Assembly (NCBI GenBank): GCA_027314515.1
Contig: DAHVAR010000238.1
Coordinates: 6,882 to 70,881, forward strand
Source: Actinomycetota bacterium
GTDB lineage: Bacteria; Actinomycetota; Actinomycetes; Streptosporangiales; Streptosporangiaceae
Length of the DNA stretch: 64,000 nucleotides
Direction of reading: 5' to 3'
The notes under the pieces were generated by a model that saw only the letters and a list, made by a program, of their open reading frames with translations, searched no databases and had not been told where the DNA came from. Shown piece by piece: positions 54,966-63,240 of the stretch (within the stretch, counting starts at the first letter, position 1; each line of letters starts with the position of its first letter). Both the position numbers and the translations under genes were made by a program.

Positions 54966-55418
54966 ATGGCAGACAGGACGTCCTCGAGTATCACGGTGGC
55001 GGCAGGCCGGCCGGCTGTGATGGGAGTCATCGCCGACTTCGGCGCCTACCCGCAGTGGGCGACCGGCATCCGGTCGGCTGAGGTGCTGGCCGCCGGAGCG
55101 GACGGCCGCCCGGAGCGGGTCCGGTTCGGGCTGGACGCGGGCGTGATCAAGGACAGCTACGTGCTGAGCTATGACTGGGACGGCGATGCGGCAGTCCAGT
55201 GGCGACTGGCCGAAGCCGGCTCGATGGTGACCGAGATGTCGGGCCAGTACCTCCTGACCGAGGATCAGCGCGGCACCCAGGTCACCTACGAGCTAGCGGT
55301 TGGGACCAGAGTCCCGCTCGGACTGCTGAAGCGACGAGCCGAGAGGACGATCATCGAGACGGCGCTGAAAGGCCTGAAGTCCCGGGCCGAGTCCGTAACC
55401 GCCGCGGGCACTGACTGA
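54966..55418 (+). CDS. SRPBCC (START/polyketide-cyclase-like) family protein
   Basis: 150 aa. The pattern SSSITVAAGRPAVMGVIADFGAYPQWATGI... is typical of polyketide_cyc2-type SRPBCC proteins. Confidence 0.65.
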   Translation: MADRTSSSITVAAGRPAVMGVIADFGAYPQWATGIRSAEVLAAGADGRPERVRFGLDAGVIKDSYVLSYDWDGDAAVQWRLAEAGSMVTEMSGQYLLTEDQRGTQVTYELAVGTRVPLGLLKRRAERTIIETALKGLKSRAESVTAAGTD

Positions 55419-55494
55419 GCACCTCAAGGCACGAAACCGCCGCCGCCGCGGTGAGCGGTGCGACAGGCGGGGATGATACGGGGACGATCAGGAA

Positions 55495-56472
55495 ATGGTG
55501 ACATCGATGACTGAGCAGCCAGGACGGCCGCACGACCAGGCGGATCGGCGGGGACCGGACCGGCAAGGTAAGAACGTCGACGTATTCGGCGACTTGCAGC
55601 GCTGGTTTATCCGCCAGAGTGCCAAGAACATGCGCAGGGAGATCAGCGGGCAGGTACGCCGGACGCTCGGCGGCGGCCGCGAAGCTTCCGACGTATGGGA
55701 CACCGCTACCAACGAGATACCGCCTGAGGTCGGCGAGTCGCCGGAGTGCCAGTGGTGCCCGATCTGCCGGGCGGCCCGCCGCATGCGCGACTCCGGACCG
55801 GGCATCGGAGGTCAGCTGACGGGCGCCGGTGATGTCGTGGCTTCTGCCGTGCATGACGCAATCGGCGCACTCGACTCGCTGCTAGCCAGGACCGGCGGTA
55901 CCAGCGCGACCAAGGGCACCGGGTCCGGGGGCACCGGGTCCGGGGGCACTGGGTCCGGGGGCACTGGGTCCGGGGCCACAAGGCCAGGTCCCGGCGGCAC
56001 GGCCGGTCCTGGCGACCAGGGCGGACCGGGGGAGGACGCCGGGTCCGCGGGCGGCGGGTCTGGGCGGGATGCCGAGGCCAGCGACGCCGAGGCCAGCGAC
56101 GCCGAGGCCAGCGACGCCGAGGCCCGCGACAAAGCACCATCGCCGGGTACCCGGCTGCGCCGCGTCACCGGGCCGGACGACCAGCACGAACCGGGGCCGG
56201 GCGCTGAGCGAGACGCCAAGACATCAGACTCTCGGCGGTCCCGGCCAGGGCTTGTCGGGCTTCCTGGTGGCGTTGACTCTGCCGCTGAGCGGCCCGGCAG
56301 CGGTCCCGTCCATTCCGGGCCGGCCAGCCGGGCTGCCGCCCGGCGAGCGGCCGCGCCGGGCAAGAAGCCCGATCCGTGGGGCGCGGCTACCGGGCCTGCT
56401 GCGGCCGGCCAGGACTCCGATGCTGACGCTCAGCCAGGAAGACCGGGGTATGGGCCTGACGATCGGGGTTGA
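55495..56472 (+). CDS. Hypothetical, largely disordered protein upstream of and overlapping glucokinase (positional equivalent of S. coelicolor SCO2127)
   Basis: The ordered N-part has ECQWCPICRAARRMR. The rest is Gly/Ser/Pro/Asp-rich with two 15-bp x4 repeats. The 3' end overlaps the glk start by 23 nt. Confidence 0.6.
   Translation: MVTSMTEQPGRPHDQADRRGPDRQGKNVDVFGDLQRWFIRQSAKNMRREISGQVRRTLGGGREASDVWDTATNEIPPEVGESPECQWCPICRAARRMRDSGPGIGGQLTGAGDVVASAVHDAIGALDSLLARTGGTSATKGTGSGGTGSGGTGSGGTGSGATRPGPGGTAGPGDQGGPGEDAGSAGGGSGRDAEASDAEASDAEASDAEARDKAPSPGTRLRRVTGPDDQHEPGPGAERDAKTSDSRRSRPGLVGLPGGVDSAAERPGSGPVHSGPASRAAARRAAAPGKKPDPWGAATGPAAAGQDSDADAQPGRPGYGPDDRG
55915..55974. repeat. In-frame 15-bp tandem repeat x4 (GGCACCGGGTCCGGG; GTGSG x4)
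   Basis: Copies at 55915-29, 55930-44, 55945-59 and 55960-74. Confidence 0.95.
56071..56130. repeat. In-frame 15-bp tandem repeat x4 (GCCGAGGCCAGCGAC; AEASD x4)
   Basis: Copies at 56071-85, 56086-100, 56101-115 and 56116-130 (one substitution). Confidence 0.95.
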
Positions 56473-57394
56473 TGTCGGCGGCACGAAGGTCGCAGCGGGC
56501 GTCGTCGACCCGGCCGGGCGGATCGTCGAGAAGCTGAAGCGGGACACGCCCGCCGCCCGAGCCGACAGCACCGTCGAAGTGATCGCTGGCGTCGTCAACG
56601 AATTGCAGGCCAGGCACGACGTTGATGCGGTCGGGATCGGCACGGCCGGCTTCGTGGATCAGGCGCGCTCGACAGTACTGTTCGCGCCGAATCTCGCCTG
56701 GCGAGACGAGCCGGTGAAGAAACGAGTCGAAGCGCGCATCGGCAGGCCCGTCGTGGTCGAGAACGACGCGAACGCCGCGGCCTGGGCAGAAGTGAGGCTG
56801 GGCGCGGCCCGCGGCCAGCAGCATGTGGTGATGATCACGGTAGGCACCGGCATCGGGGCCGGCATCGTGATCGACGGCCACCTGTACCGAGGTCGCTTCG
56901 GCTCGGCAGGTGAGCCTGGTCATTACCGGGTCGTGCCGGACGGCCGCCTCTGCGGCTGCGGCAACCGCGGTTGCTGGGAGCAGTACGCGAGCGGGAACGC
57001 GCTCGCGGCCGAAGCGCGCAACTTCGCCCGCCGGGAGCCAGAGGCCGCAGCGCGGTTGCTGGAGATTGGCGGCGGAAGCCCGGACAGCATCGACGGACCA
57101 ACGGTGACGAGGGCGGCGCGCGAGGGCGACATGGTCGCGATCCGCTGCTTCGAAATCATCGGCAGCTGGCTCGGCGCTGGCCTTGCGGACCTTGCGGCCA
57201 TCCTTGATCCGGGATGCTTCGTGATCGGGGGCGGCGTGTCGGAGGCCGACGACCTGCTGCTGAAGCCGGCTCGGGCGGCTTACGAGAATGGCCTCACCGG
57301 CCGTTCCCACCGGAAGCTCGCTGACGTGCGGATAGCCGAGCTAGGCCCGGATGCCGGCCTGATCGGCGCCGCTGACCTTGCCCGGCTGGGCTAG
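56450..57394 (+). CDS. glk: ROK-family glucokinase
   Basis: MGLTIGVDVGGTKVAAGVVD start, GTGIGAGIVIDG, and the ROK zinc motif GHYRVVPDGRLCGCGNRGCWEQY. Confidence 0.9.
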   Translation: MGLTIGVDVGGTKVAAGVVDPAGRIVEKLKRDTPAARADSTVEVIAGVVNELQARHDVDAVGIGTAGFVDQARSTVLFAPNLAWRDEPVKKRVEARIGRPVVVENDANAAAWAEVRLGAARGQQHVVMITVGTGIGAGIVIDGHLYRGRFGSAGEPGHYRVVPDGRLCGCGNRGCWEQYASGNALAAEARNFARREPEAAARLLEIGGGSPDSIDGPTVTRAAREGDMVAIRCFEIIGSWLGAGLADLAAILDPGCFVIGGGVSEADDLLLKPARAAYENGLTGRSHRKLADVRIAELGPDAGLIGAADLARLG

Positions 57395-57418
57395 CCAGGG
57401 GTCAGCCAAGCAGTCCCT

Positions 57419-57976
57419 TCAGAGCACGGCGCCGTCGTCATCGTCGTCGCGTCGCGACCGGTCCCCGAGCCTGACGATCAGGGTCACGAACCCGCCTACG
57501 AAGGCGGCGACGGCGATGAAGGCCGCAAATGGCGGGACAGTCATGTTCATCAGGAGACTGGCAATGAGCAGATAGCCAGGTCCGGCGATCACCGCGGCCC
57601 AGGCGGCCTTGGCGATGGGGTCAAGCTTGGCCGGCGGGGGAAGCGGTACGGGGACGTATGGCTCGTCCTCTTCTTCCGGCGGTGAGTAGTTGCGCGGGTC
57701 AGTGGCGTGCCGGATGACCCTGCTGCGATCGGCGGGCAGGCTGGCATCCGATGCCAGGTCGGCGTGATCGCGGATGGCGAGCGGATCGGTGCTGTCGGCC
57801 GGGACGGAATCCGCGGCGCCGGCCGCGCCGCGGACTGGTCCCGGCACGTCCTCGCTAGACGGCCAGGGATGCTGAGCCTCTTCCAGATCCAGCTGGCTGT
57901 CGAACCGCGCGATCAGGTCACGCCAGGCCGCCTCTTCACCGCTGACCTCGCCGCCGATATCCCCGGGTCCGCTCAT
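57419..57976 (-). CDS. Hypothetical membrane protein (acidic/Pro-rich N-part, two C-terminal TM helices)
   Basis: ATG 57976 lies just downstream of the hydrolase stop (57984). TM segments: AAWAAVIAGPGYLLIASLLM and PPFAAFIAVAAFVGGFVTLIV. Confidence 0.6.
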   Translation of the reverse strand: MSGPGDIGGEVSGEEAAWRDLIARFDSQLDLEEAQHPWPSSEDVPGPVRGAAGAADSVPADSTDPLAIRDHADLASDASLPADRSRVIRHATDPRNYSPPEEEDEPYVPVPLPPPAKLDPIAKAAWAAVIAGPGYLLIASLLMNMTVPPFAAFIAVAAFVGGFVTLIVRLGDRSRRDDDDDGAVL

Positions 57977-57983
57977 CCGCTCG

Positions 57984-58784
57984 TCATTCCCTGCCTGTTG
58001 GTTCCCTGCTAGCGCCACCTGTTGATTCCCGGCTCGCCTGGCTATGTATCCGGACGAACTCCAGGCTGCCGGCAAATATTGCCTCCGCATCGTTATCCAG
58101 GGTGGCTACGTGGTAGCTGTCGGTTAGCTCCCGCACCTCGAGTTGTCCTGGCCGGAGCGCCCCAGCCAGCAGCTTGATGCTGGCTGGCCCCACCACGTGG
58201 TCGACAGTGCTGTGGTAGACCAGCACAGGCCGGGTTACCCCGGCCAGATGCTGCTGAGTGGATTTCCACAGGCCGGGCAGAGTCGCTGCCGCCTTGGTCG
58301 GGGTCCGGTCGTATCCCGCCTCCCGGGCATCCGGGTTCTTGATATCGCTGGCAATGCCCTTGACGGACCGCACCAGCACTTTCAGCACCGGCGCCAGCGC
58401 GAACAGCAGCTTGTTGTCCGCAGTCAGCGACGGGTTGACCAGGACCAGGCCGCGCACCGCACCCTCACTGCGCTCGGCGAGCCGCAGTGCCAGACACGCC
58501 CCCATCGACAGTCCCATCAGGAAGATCTCGTCACAGCGGGCCTGCATCTCGTCAAAAGCCCGCACTACCTCGGCGAACCAGTCCTCCCACCGGGTCTTGG
58601 CCATCTCCTGCCAGGTGGTGCCGTGGCCGGGCAGTCTGGGCAGCGAGACGGTGAGCCCGGCATGGGCTAGATACTCGGCCCACGGTCGCAGTGACTGCGG
58701 GCTGCCGGTGAATCCGTGACAGAGCAGAACGCCGGTCCGCCCGCCATCGTGAGCATAGGCCTCTGCGCCTGGCATTACTGGCAT
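57984..58784 (-). CDS. Alpha/beta hydrolase (carboxylesterase/lysophospholipase-like)
   Basis: VLLCHGFTGSP and the nucleophile elbow GLSMGA; about 266 aa from ATG 58784. The longer ORF-track start at 59081 overlaps the divergent acyltransferase region. Confidence 0.8.
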   Translation of the reverse strand: MPVMPGAEAYAHDGGRTGVLLCHGFTGSPQSLRPWAEYLAHAGLTVSLPRLPGHGTTWQEMAKTRWEDWFAEVVRAFDEMQARCDEIFLMGLSMGACLALRLAERSEGAVRGLVLVNPSLTADNKLLFALAPVLKVLVRSVKGIASDIKNPDAREAGYDRTPTKAAATLPGLWKSTQQHLAGVTRPVLVYHSTVDHVVGPASIKLLAGALRPGQLEVRELTDSYHVATLDNDAEAIFAGSLEFVRIHSQASRESTGGASREPTGRE

Positions 58785-58937
58785 GTACTCGATCCTCTCC
58801 GGAAGCAGCCGGCCCTCCGGGCTCCCTCTCGAATCGTCGCATGCTGGGCTCAGCGGCCGCACTCGGTTAGGCACCGAGGTCGTCCGCCGGGCGCCGGGAT
58901 TCTCGTTCTCGCCGGATCGAGCGCGACGTGGGAACAT

Positions 58938-59714
58938 ATGGGCGTGTTCTACTGGGTGGTGAAGGCGATTATCGGCCCGTTCCTGCGGGTGATCTTCCGG
59001 CCCTGGGCGGAAGGTACCGAGAACGTGCCGCGCGCTGGTCCGGCCATCCTGGCCAGCAACCACCTCTCGTTCTCTGATCACTTCTTCGCCCCGTTGCCGC
59101 TGCCGCGCAAAGTTACGTTCCTAGCTAAATCGGAATATTTCACCGGCGGCGGCCTCAAGGGTCTGCTGAGCAAGGTGTTCTTCAGCGGGCTCGGTCAGAT
59201 CCCGGTGGACCGGACTGGCGGCGCCGCCAGTGAGCGCGCCCTGCGTACCGGCCTGCGCGTGCTCGCCGCCGGTGAGTTGCTTGGCATCTACCCGGAGGGA
59301 ACGCGCACGCCCGACGGGCGCCTTTACCGCGGCAAGACCGGCGTCGCCCGGCTAGCGCTGGAGGCCAAGGCGCCGGTGATCCCCACCGCGATGGTCGGCG
59401 GCTTCGAGTTCCAGCCACCGGGCAAGCTAGCCCCCCGGCTGGCCGTCAGGCCGGGCGTGCGGTTCGGCAAGCCGCTCGACTTCTCCCGGTACTACGGGCT
59501 CGAGCACGACCGGCTCGTGCTCCGGGCGATGACCGACGAGATCATGTACGAGCTGATGAAGCTGTCCGGCCAGGAATACGTCGACGAGTACGCCCAGCGG
59601 GCCAAGGGCCGGCTGGCCAGTGCGCTGCGGCGGGAGACCGTACCCGCGCGGCGCGACGGGGCCCGGCCAGACGAGACGGTCGCCGCCGCGCACGATGCCG
59701 CCGACGACGACTAG
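58938..59714 (+). CDS. 1-acyl-sn-glycerol-3-phosphate (lysophospholipid) acyltransferase, PlsC family
   Basis: HX4D motif in ILASNHLSFSDHFF, plus the GIYPEGTRTPDG and PVIPTAMVG blocks. Confidence 0.85.
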   Translation: MGVFYWVVKAIIGPFLRVIFRPWAEGTENVPRAGPAILASNHLSFSDHFFAPLPLPRKVTFLAKSEYFTGGGLKGLLSKVFFSGLGQIPVDRTGGAASERALRTGLRVLAAGELLGIYPEGTRTPDGRLYRGKTGVARLALEAKAPVIPTAMVGGFEFQPPGKLAPRLAVRPGVRFGKPLDFSRYYGLEHDRLVLRAMTDEIMYELMKLSGQEYVDEYAQRAKGRLASALRRETVPARRDGARPDETVAAAHDAADDD

Positions 59715-59812
59715 CTGACCCTGATCGGTGCGGGCGCACGCAGCCGAGCCTGCCCCGGCCTTGCCGTGGCCCGCTCTCTCCGCGCCGCCCTTGCCGTGGC
59801 CCGCTCTCGCGC

Positions 59813-61375
59813 CTAAGCGCGCCAGCCCTTCGTTTGCGTGACCGCGTTGCGCCAGCGAGCGTAAGCCGAGTCGTCCCGCGGACCGGGGGTGAATCGCTGA
59901 TCGAGCTGCCAGGTCGCGGCGAGTTCCTCGCGGGAGGACCAGACGCCTGCGCCGAGGCCAGCCAGGAAGGCAGCTCCGAGGCCGGTGGTCTCGGCGATCA
60001 CCGGGCGCTCGACCGGGCGCTGGATCTGATCGGCCTGCAGTTGCATCAGCAGGTTATTCACGCTCGCGCCGCCGTCGACCCGCAAGGCGGGCTGACCGCC
60101 CCAGGCAGGCTGGCGGTCCTGCACAGGCTGGCCGTCCTGCACAGGCTCGCCGTACCGGACAGGCGAGCCGCCCTGGCCGGACCGGGCGGCCGCCTCGGCT
60201 GTCATCACGTCGACAACGTCCCTTACCTCGAACGCGATCGCCTCCAGTGCCGCCCGGATCACGTGCGCCCGGCTGGTGCCCCTGGTGAGGCCGAACATCG
60301 CGCCCCGCGCGGACGGGTCCCAGTCCGGCGCGCCGAGCCCGGTCAGCGCGGGGACGAATACCACCCCGCCCGTATCGGGCACCGATCGCGCCAGCGCTTC
60401 GCTCTGCCCGGCGTCGTCGAGCAGCCCGAGCCCGTCCCGGAGCCACTGGATCGCGGCCCCGGTGACGAAGACCGACCCCTCGAGCGCGTAGGTCAGCGAG
60501 CCGGACGGCTCCAGCCAGGCAACCGTCGACAGCAGGCCGGCCTCCGACCGGACCACCTGGGATCCCGTGTTCACCAGCACGAAGGATCCGGTGCCATAGG
60601 TGCACTTCAGCGCGCCGGGGTCGAAGCAGGCCTGGCCGAACAGCGCCGCCTGCTGGTCCCCGGCAATCCCGGCTATCGGGACGTTCAGCCCCAGGAAGGC
60701 CGCCGGGTCCGTGTGCCCGATCATGCCGGTAGATGGCACTACCTCCGGTAGCGCGTGCGGTGGTACGCCGAACAACTCGCACATCTCCGCCGACCACTGG
60801 CCAGCCTCGATGTCGAACAGCAGGGTCCTAGAGGCATTGGAGGCGTCCGATACATGCCGCCGCCCGCTGGTGAGACGCGCGATCAGGTAAGAGTCGACGG
60901 TTCCGGCAGCAACCGTTCCGTCCACCAGGGCGGCCCAGATATCCGGCTCGTTCTCGGCCAGCCAGGTCAGCTTGGTTGCGGTGAAATACGGGTCGATCCG
61001 CAACCCGGTCACCGCTGCCACCCGGGCCTCATGGCCGTCGGCTCGCAGCCTGTCGCAGATCGCCGTCGTGCGGCGGTCCTGCCAGACGATCGCCCGGCGG
61101 GGCGCGGCAAGCGTGGCACGATCCCAGATCACCGCGGTTTCCCGTTGGTTGGTAATGCCCACGCAGGCGATCGCGGGAGAGCCAGCCGACGTCAGCGCCT
61201 GGGCGGAGGCGCTCAGTGCCGCATGCCAGATACCCTCGGGCAGGTGCTCAACCCATCCCGGCTGCGGGAAGTACTGCCGGAATTCCTGGTATCCGCGGCC
61301 CGCTACGGTACCCGAGTCGGTAACGATGAGAGCCGTGACGCCGGTGGTGCCGGCGTCAATTGCGAGAACGGTCAT
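59813..61375 (-). CDS. glpK: Glycerol kinase (FGGY family) carrying a repeat-derived insertion
   Basis: LAIDAGTTG, GITNQRETAVIWDR...AIVWQDRRT, GTGSF and LRVDGGAS motifs. I take ATG 61375 as the start, though GTG 61381 is also possible. Confidence 0.85.
   Translation of the reverse strand: MTVLAIDAGTTGVTALIVTDSGTVAGRGYQEFRQYFPQPGWVEHLPEGIWHAALSASAQALTSAGSPAIACVGITNQRETAVIWDRATLAAPRRAIVWQDRRTTAICDRLRADGHEARVAAVTGLRIDPYFTATKLTWLAENEPDIWAALVDGTVAAGTVDSYLIARLTSGRRHVSDASNASRTLLFDIEAGQWSAEMCELFGVPPHALPEVVPSTGMIGHTDPAAFLGLNVPIAGIAGDQQAALFGQACFDPGALKCTYGTGSFVLVNTGSQVVRSEAGLLSTVAWLEPSGSLTYALEGSVFVTGAAIQWLRDGLGLLDDAGQSEALARSVPDTGGVVFVPALTGLGAPDWDPSARGAMFGLTRGTSRAHVIRAALEAIAFEVRDVVDVMTAEAAARSGQGGSPVRYGEPVQDGQPVQDRQPAWGGQPALRVDGGASVNNLLMQLQADQIQRPVERPVIAETTGLGAAFLAGLGAGVWSSREELAATWQLDQRFTPGPRDDSAYARWRNAVTQTKGWRA
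60106..60177. repeat. In-frame degenerate 18-bp tandem repeat x4 inside glpK
   Basis: CAGGCTGGCGGTCCTGCA (60106-23), CAGGCTGGCCGTCCTGCA (60124-41), CAGGCTCGCCGTACCGGA (60142-59) and CAGGCGAGCCGCCCTGGC (60160-77). On the coding strand this encodes ...SGQGGSPVRYGEPVQDGQPVQDRQPA... Confidence 0.85.
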
Positions 61376-61416
61376 GAGCACTAGTCTGACGGCAGTGATT
61401 ACGAGAAAGGGTAGGC

Positions 61417-62472
61417 ATGCGAGTCGGAGTCCTCACCGGCGGTGGTGACTGTCCCGGGCTGAACGCAGTGATCCGCGCGGTCGTGCGGACCGGGGTAACC
61501 GAGCACGGCTTCGAGTTCATCGGTTTCAGGGACGGCTGGCGTGGCCCGCTTGACGGCGACACGATGGTCCTGGACGTGAACACGGTTCGCGGCATTCTCC
61601 CCAGGGGCGGCACCATCCTCGGCTCCTCGCGGACCAACCCGGCCGCCGAGTCGAACACCGCCGACGGCACGACGGGCATCCAGCGCGTCCTGGAGAACCT
61701 GGACAGCCTTGGGATCGATGCCCTGATCGCGATCGGCGGCGAGGACACCCTTGGCGTCGCCAGCAAGCTGCACGAGGCGGGCGGCCACATCGTCGGGGTG
61801 CCAAAGACGATCGACAACGACCTTGGCGCGACCGACTTCACCTTCGGTTTCGACACCGCAGTGAACATAGCGATGGAGGCGATCGACCGCCTGCACACCA
61901 CCGCCGAAAGTCATCACCGGGCGCTGATCGTCGAGGTCATGGGCCGGAACGCGGGCTGGATCGCGCTGCACGCTGGCATGGCCGGCGGCGCGAACGTGAT
62001 CCTCATCCCGGAGAAGCCGTTCGACATGGACCAGGTCTGCGATTACGTGGAGCACAGGTTCCAGACCCGCTACGCCCCGATCGTCGTGGTCGCCGAGGGC
62101 GCCCACCCGAAGGTTTCCGCGGAGCCGACGGCGGCCGCCGGCGAAGAGGTGGACGCGTTCGGGCACGTCCGGCTCGGCAATCGCGGCATCGGTCAGCAGC
62201 TAGCCGACGAGATAGAGCGGCGGACCGGCAAGGAGGCCCGCTGCGCGGTTCTCGGCCACATCCAGCGCGGCGGCACCCCGACCGCGTTCGACCGGGTACT
62301 GGCGACCAGGTTCGGCGTGCACGCGATCCGCGCGGTGGCCGATGGCGATTTTGGCTCCATGGTCGCGTTGCACGGTACCGAGATCGTCAGGGTGCCCCTC
62401 GCAGCTGCGACAGCCGAGCTGAAGCTCGTCCCGCCGGGGCGCTACGCCGAGGCAGAGGTGTTCTTCGGCTGA
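61417..62472 (+). CDS. pfkA: 6-phosphofructokinase (ATP- or PPi-dependent; not resolvable by eye)
   Basis: MRVGVLTGGGDCPGLNAVIRAVV, IGGEDTLG, PKTIDNDL and MGRNAGWIAL motifs. Confidence 0.9.
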   Translation: MRVGVLTGGGDCPGLNAVIRAVVRTGVTEHGFEFIGFRDGWRGPLDGDTMVLDVNTVRGILPRGGTILGSSRTNPAAESNTADGTTGIQRVLENLDSLGIDALIAIGGEDTLGVASKLHEAGGHIVGVPKTIDNDLGATDFTFGFDTAVNIAMEAIDRLHTTAESHHRALIVEVMGRNAGWIALHAGMAGGANVILIPEKPFDMDQVCDYVEHRFQTRYAPIVVVAEGAHPKVSAEPTAAAGEEVDAFGHVRLGNRGIGQQLADEIERRTGKEARCAVLGHIQRGGTPTAFDRVLATRFGVHAIRAVADGDFGSMVALHGTEIVRVPLAAATAELKLVPPGRYAEAEVFFG

Positions 62473-62587
62473 TACTTCACGATCTTCATACCGGAACGGG
62501 CAGTACGGGCCGCAGCACTTCGTCCGCTCGCCGAACATGCGCCGGGCTCTGGTCACAGCAGCCGGGCCGGCCACAGCAGCCGGGTGC

Positions 62588-63157
62588 TCAGCCGTGCCGG
62601 GCGCGGAAAGCTGCTGCCTTCACCTGGTTCTGGCAGGTCGTCGAGCAGAACCGGCGCGTGCCGTTCCTGGAGACGTCGACGTACACGCGATCGCAGTGCG
62701 GCGCGGTGCACACGCCCAGCCGCCGGTACATTTCGGTCCCCAGCACGACCGCCAGCCCGGTCGCGCAGCCGGCCGCCCAGCCCTGGGCCAGTGCGTCGCT
62801 CGTGCCGTGAAAGTGCAGGTGCCAGGGCTCGCCGTCGTGCCGGTCGAGCTGGGGACGCGCGCCGGTGTCGGCCAGCATCGCGTTCACCAGCCGGGCGGCG
62901 TCGTCGACCTGCCCGGCTGCCACGGCGTCGAACACCGCGCGCAACCTGGCTGCCGTGCCAGCCAGCTGTGCCGCTTCCGCGATCGTCACCTGACGGGCCG
63001 CTGGCTGCCCGGTCCGCAACGCTGCGGTCACCGCCGCGCGGGCGGTCTCGCCAGCCGGCGGCTGGTACCGCCGGCCGCGATCTTGCCCCGGCGTCAGCGT
63101 GTTGATCAGGCTCACGGCGACCGAGATGACCGCGTCGACATGACTGTTGAAATTCAC
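62588..63157 (-). CDS. CGNR zinc-finger domain protein (putative stress-induced transcription regulator family)
   Basis: C-terminal CTAPHCDRVYVDVSRNGTRRFCSTTCQNQVKAAAFRAR matches the C..C...F.D.S.N..R.(W/F)C...CGNR.K pattern, with CQNQ in place of CGNR. Confidence 0.7.
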   Translation of the reverse strand: MNFNSHVDAVISVAVSLINTLTPGQDRGRRYQPPAGETARAAVTAALRTGQPAARQVTIAEAAQLAGTAARLRAVFDAVAAGQVDDAARLVNAMLADTGARPQLDRHDGEPWHLHFHGTSDALAQGWAAGCATGLAVVLGTEMYRRLGVCTAPHCDRVYVDVSRNGTRRFCSTTCQNQVKAAAFRARHG

Positions 63158-63240
63158 TTGACCAGTTACATCCGCGTCGTTAGGTTGTGACTGGCTAAAC
63201 TTTATATGACAGTGACGGGACGCGGCTTAGATCAGGCGGG

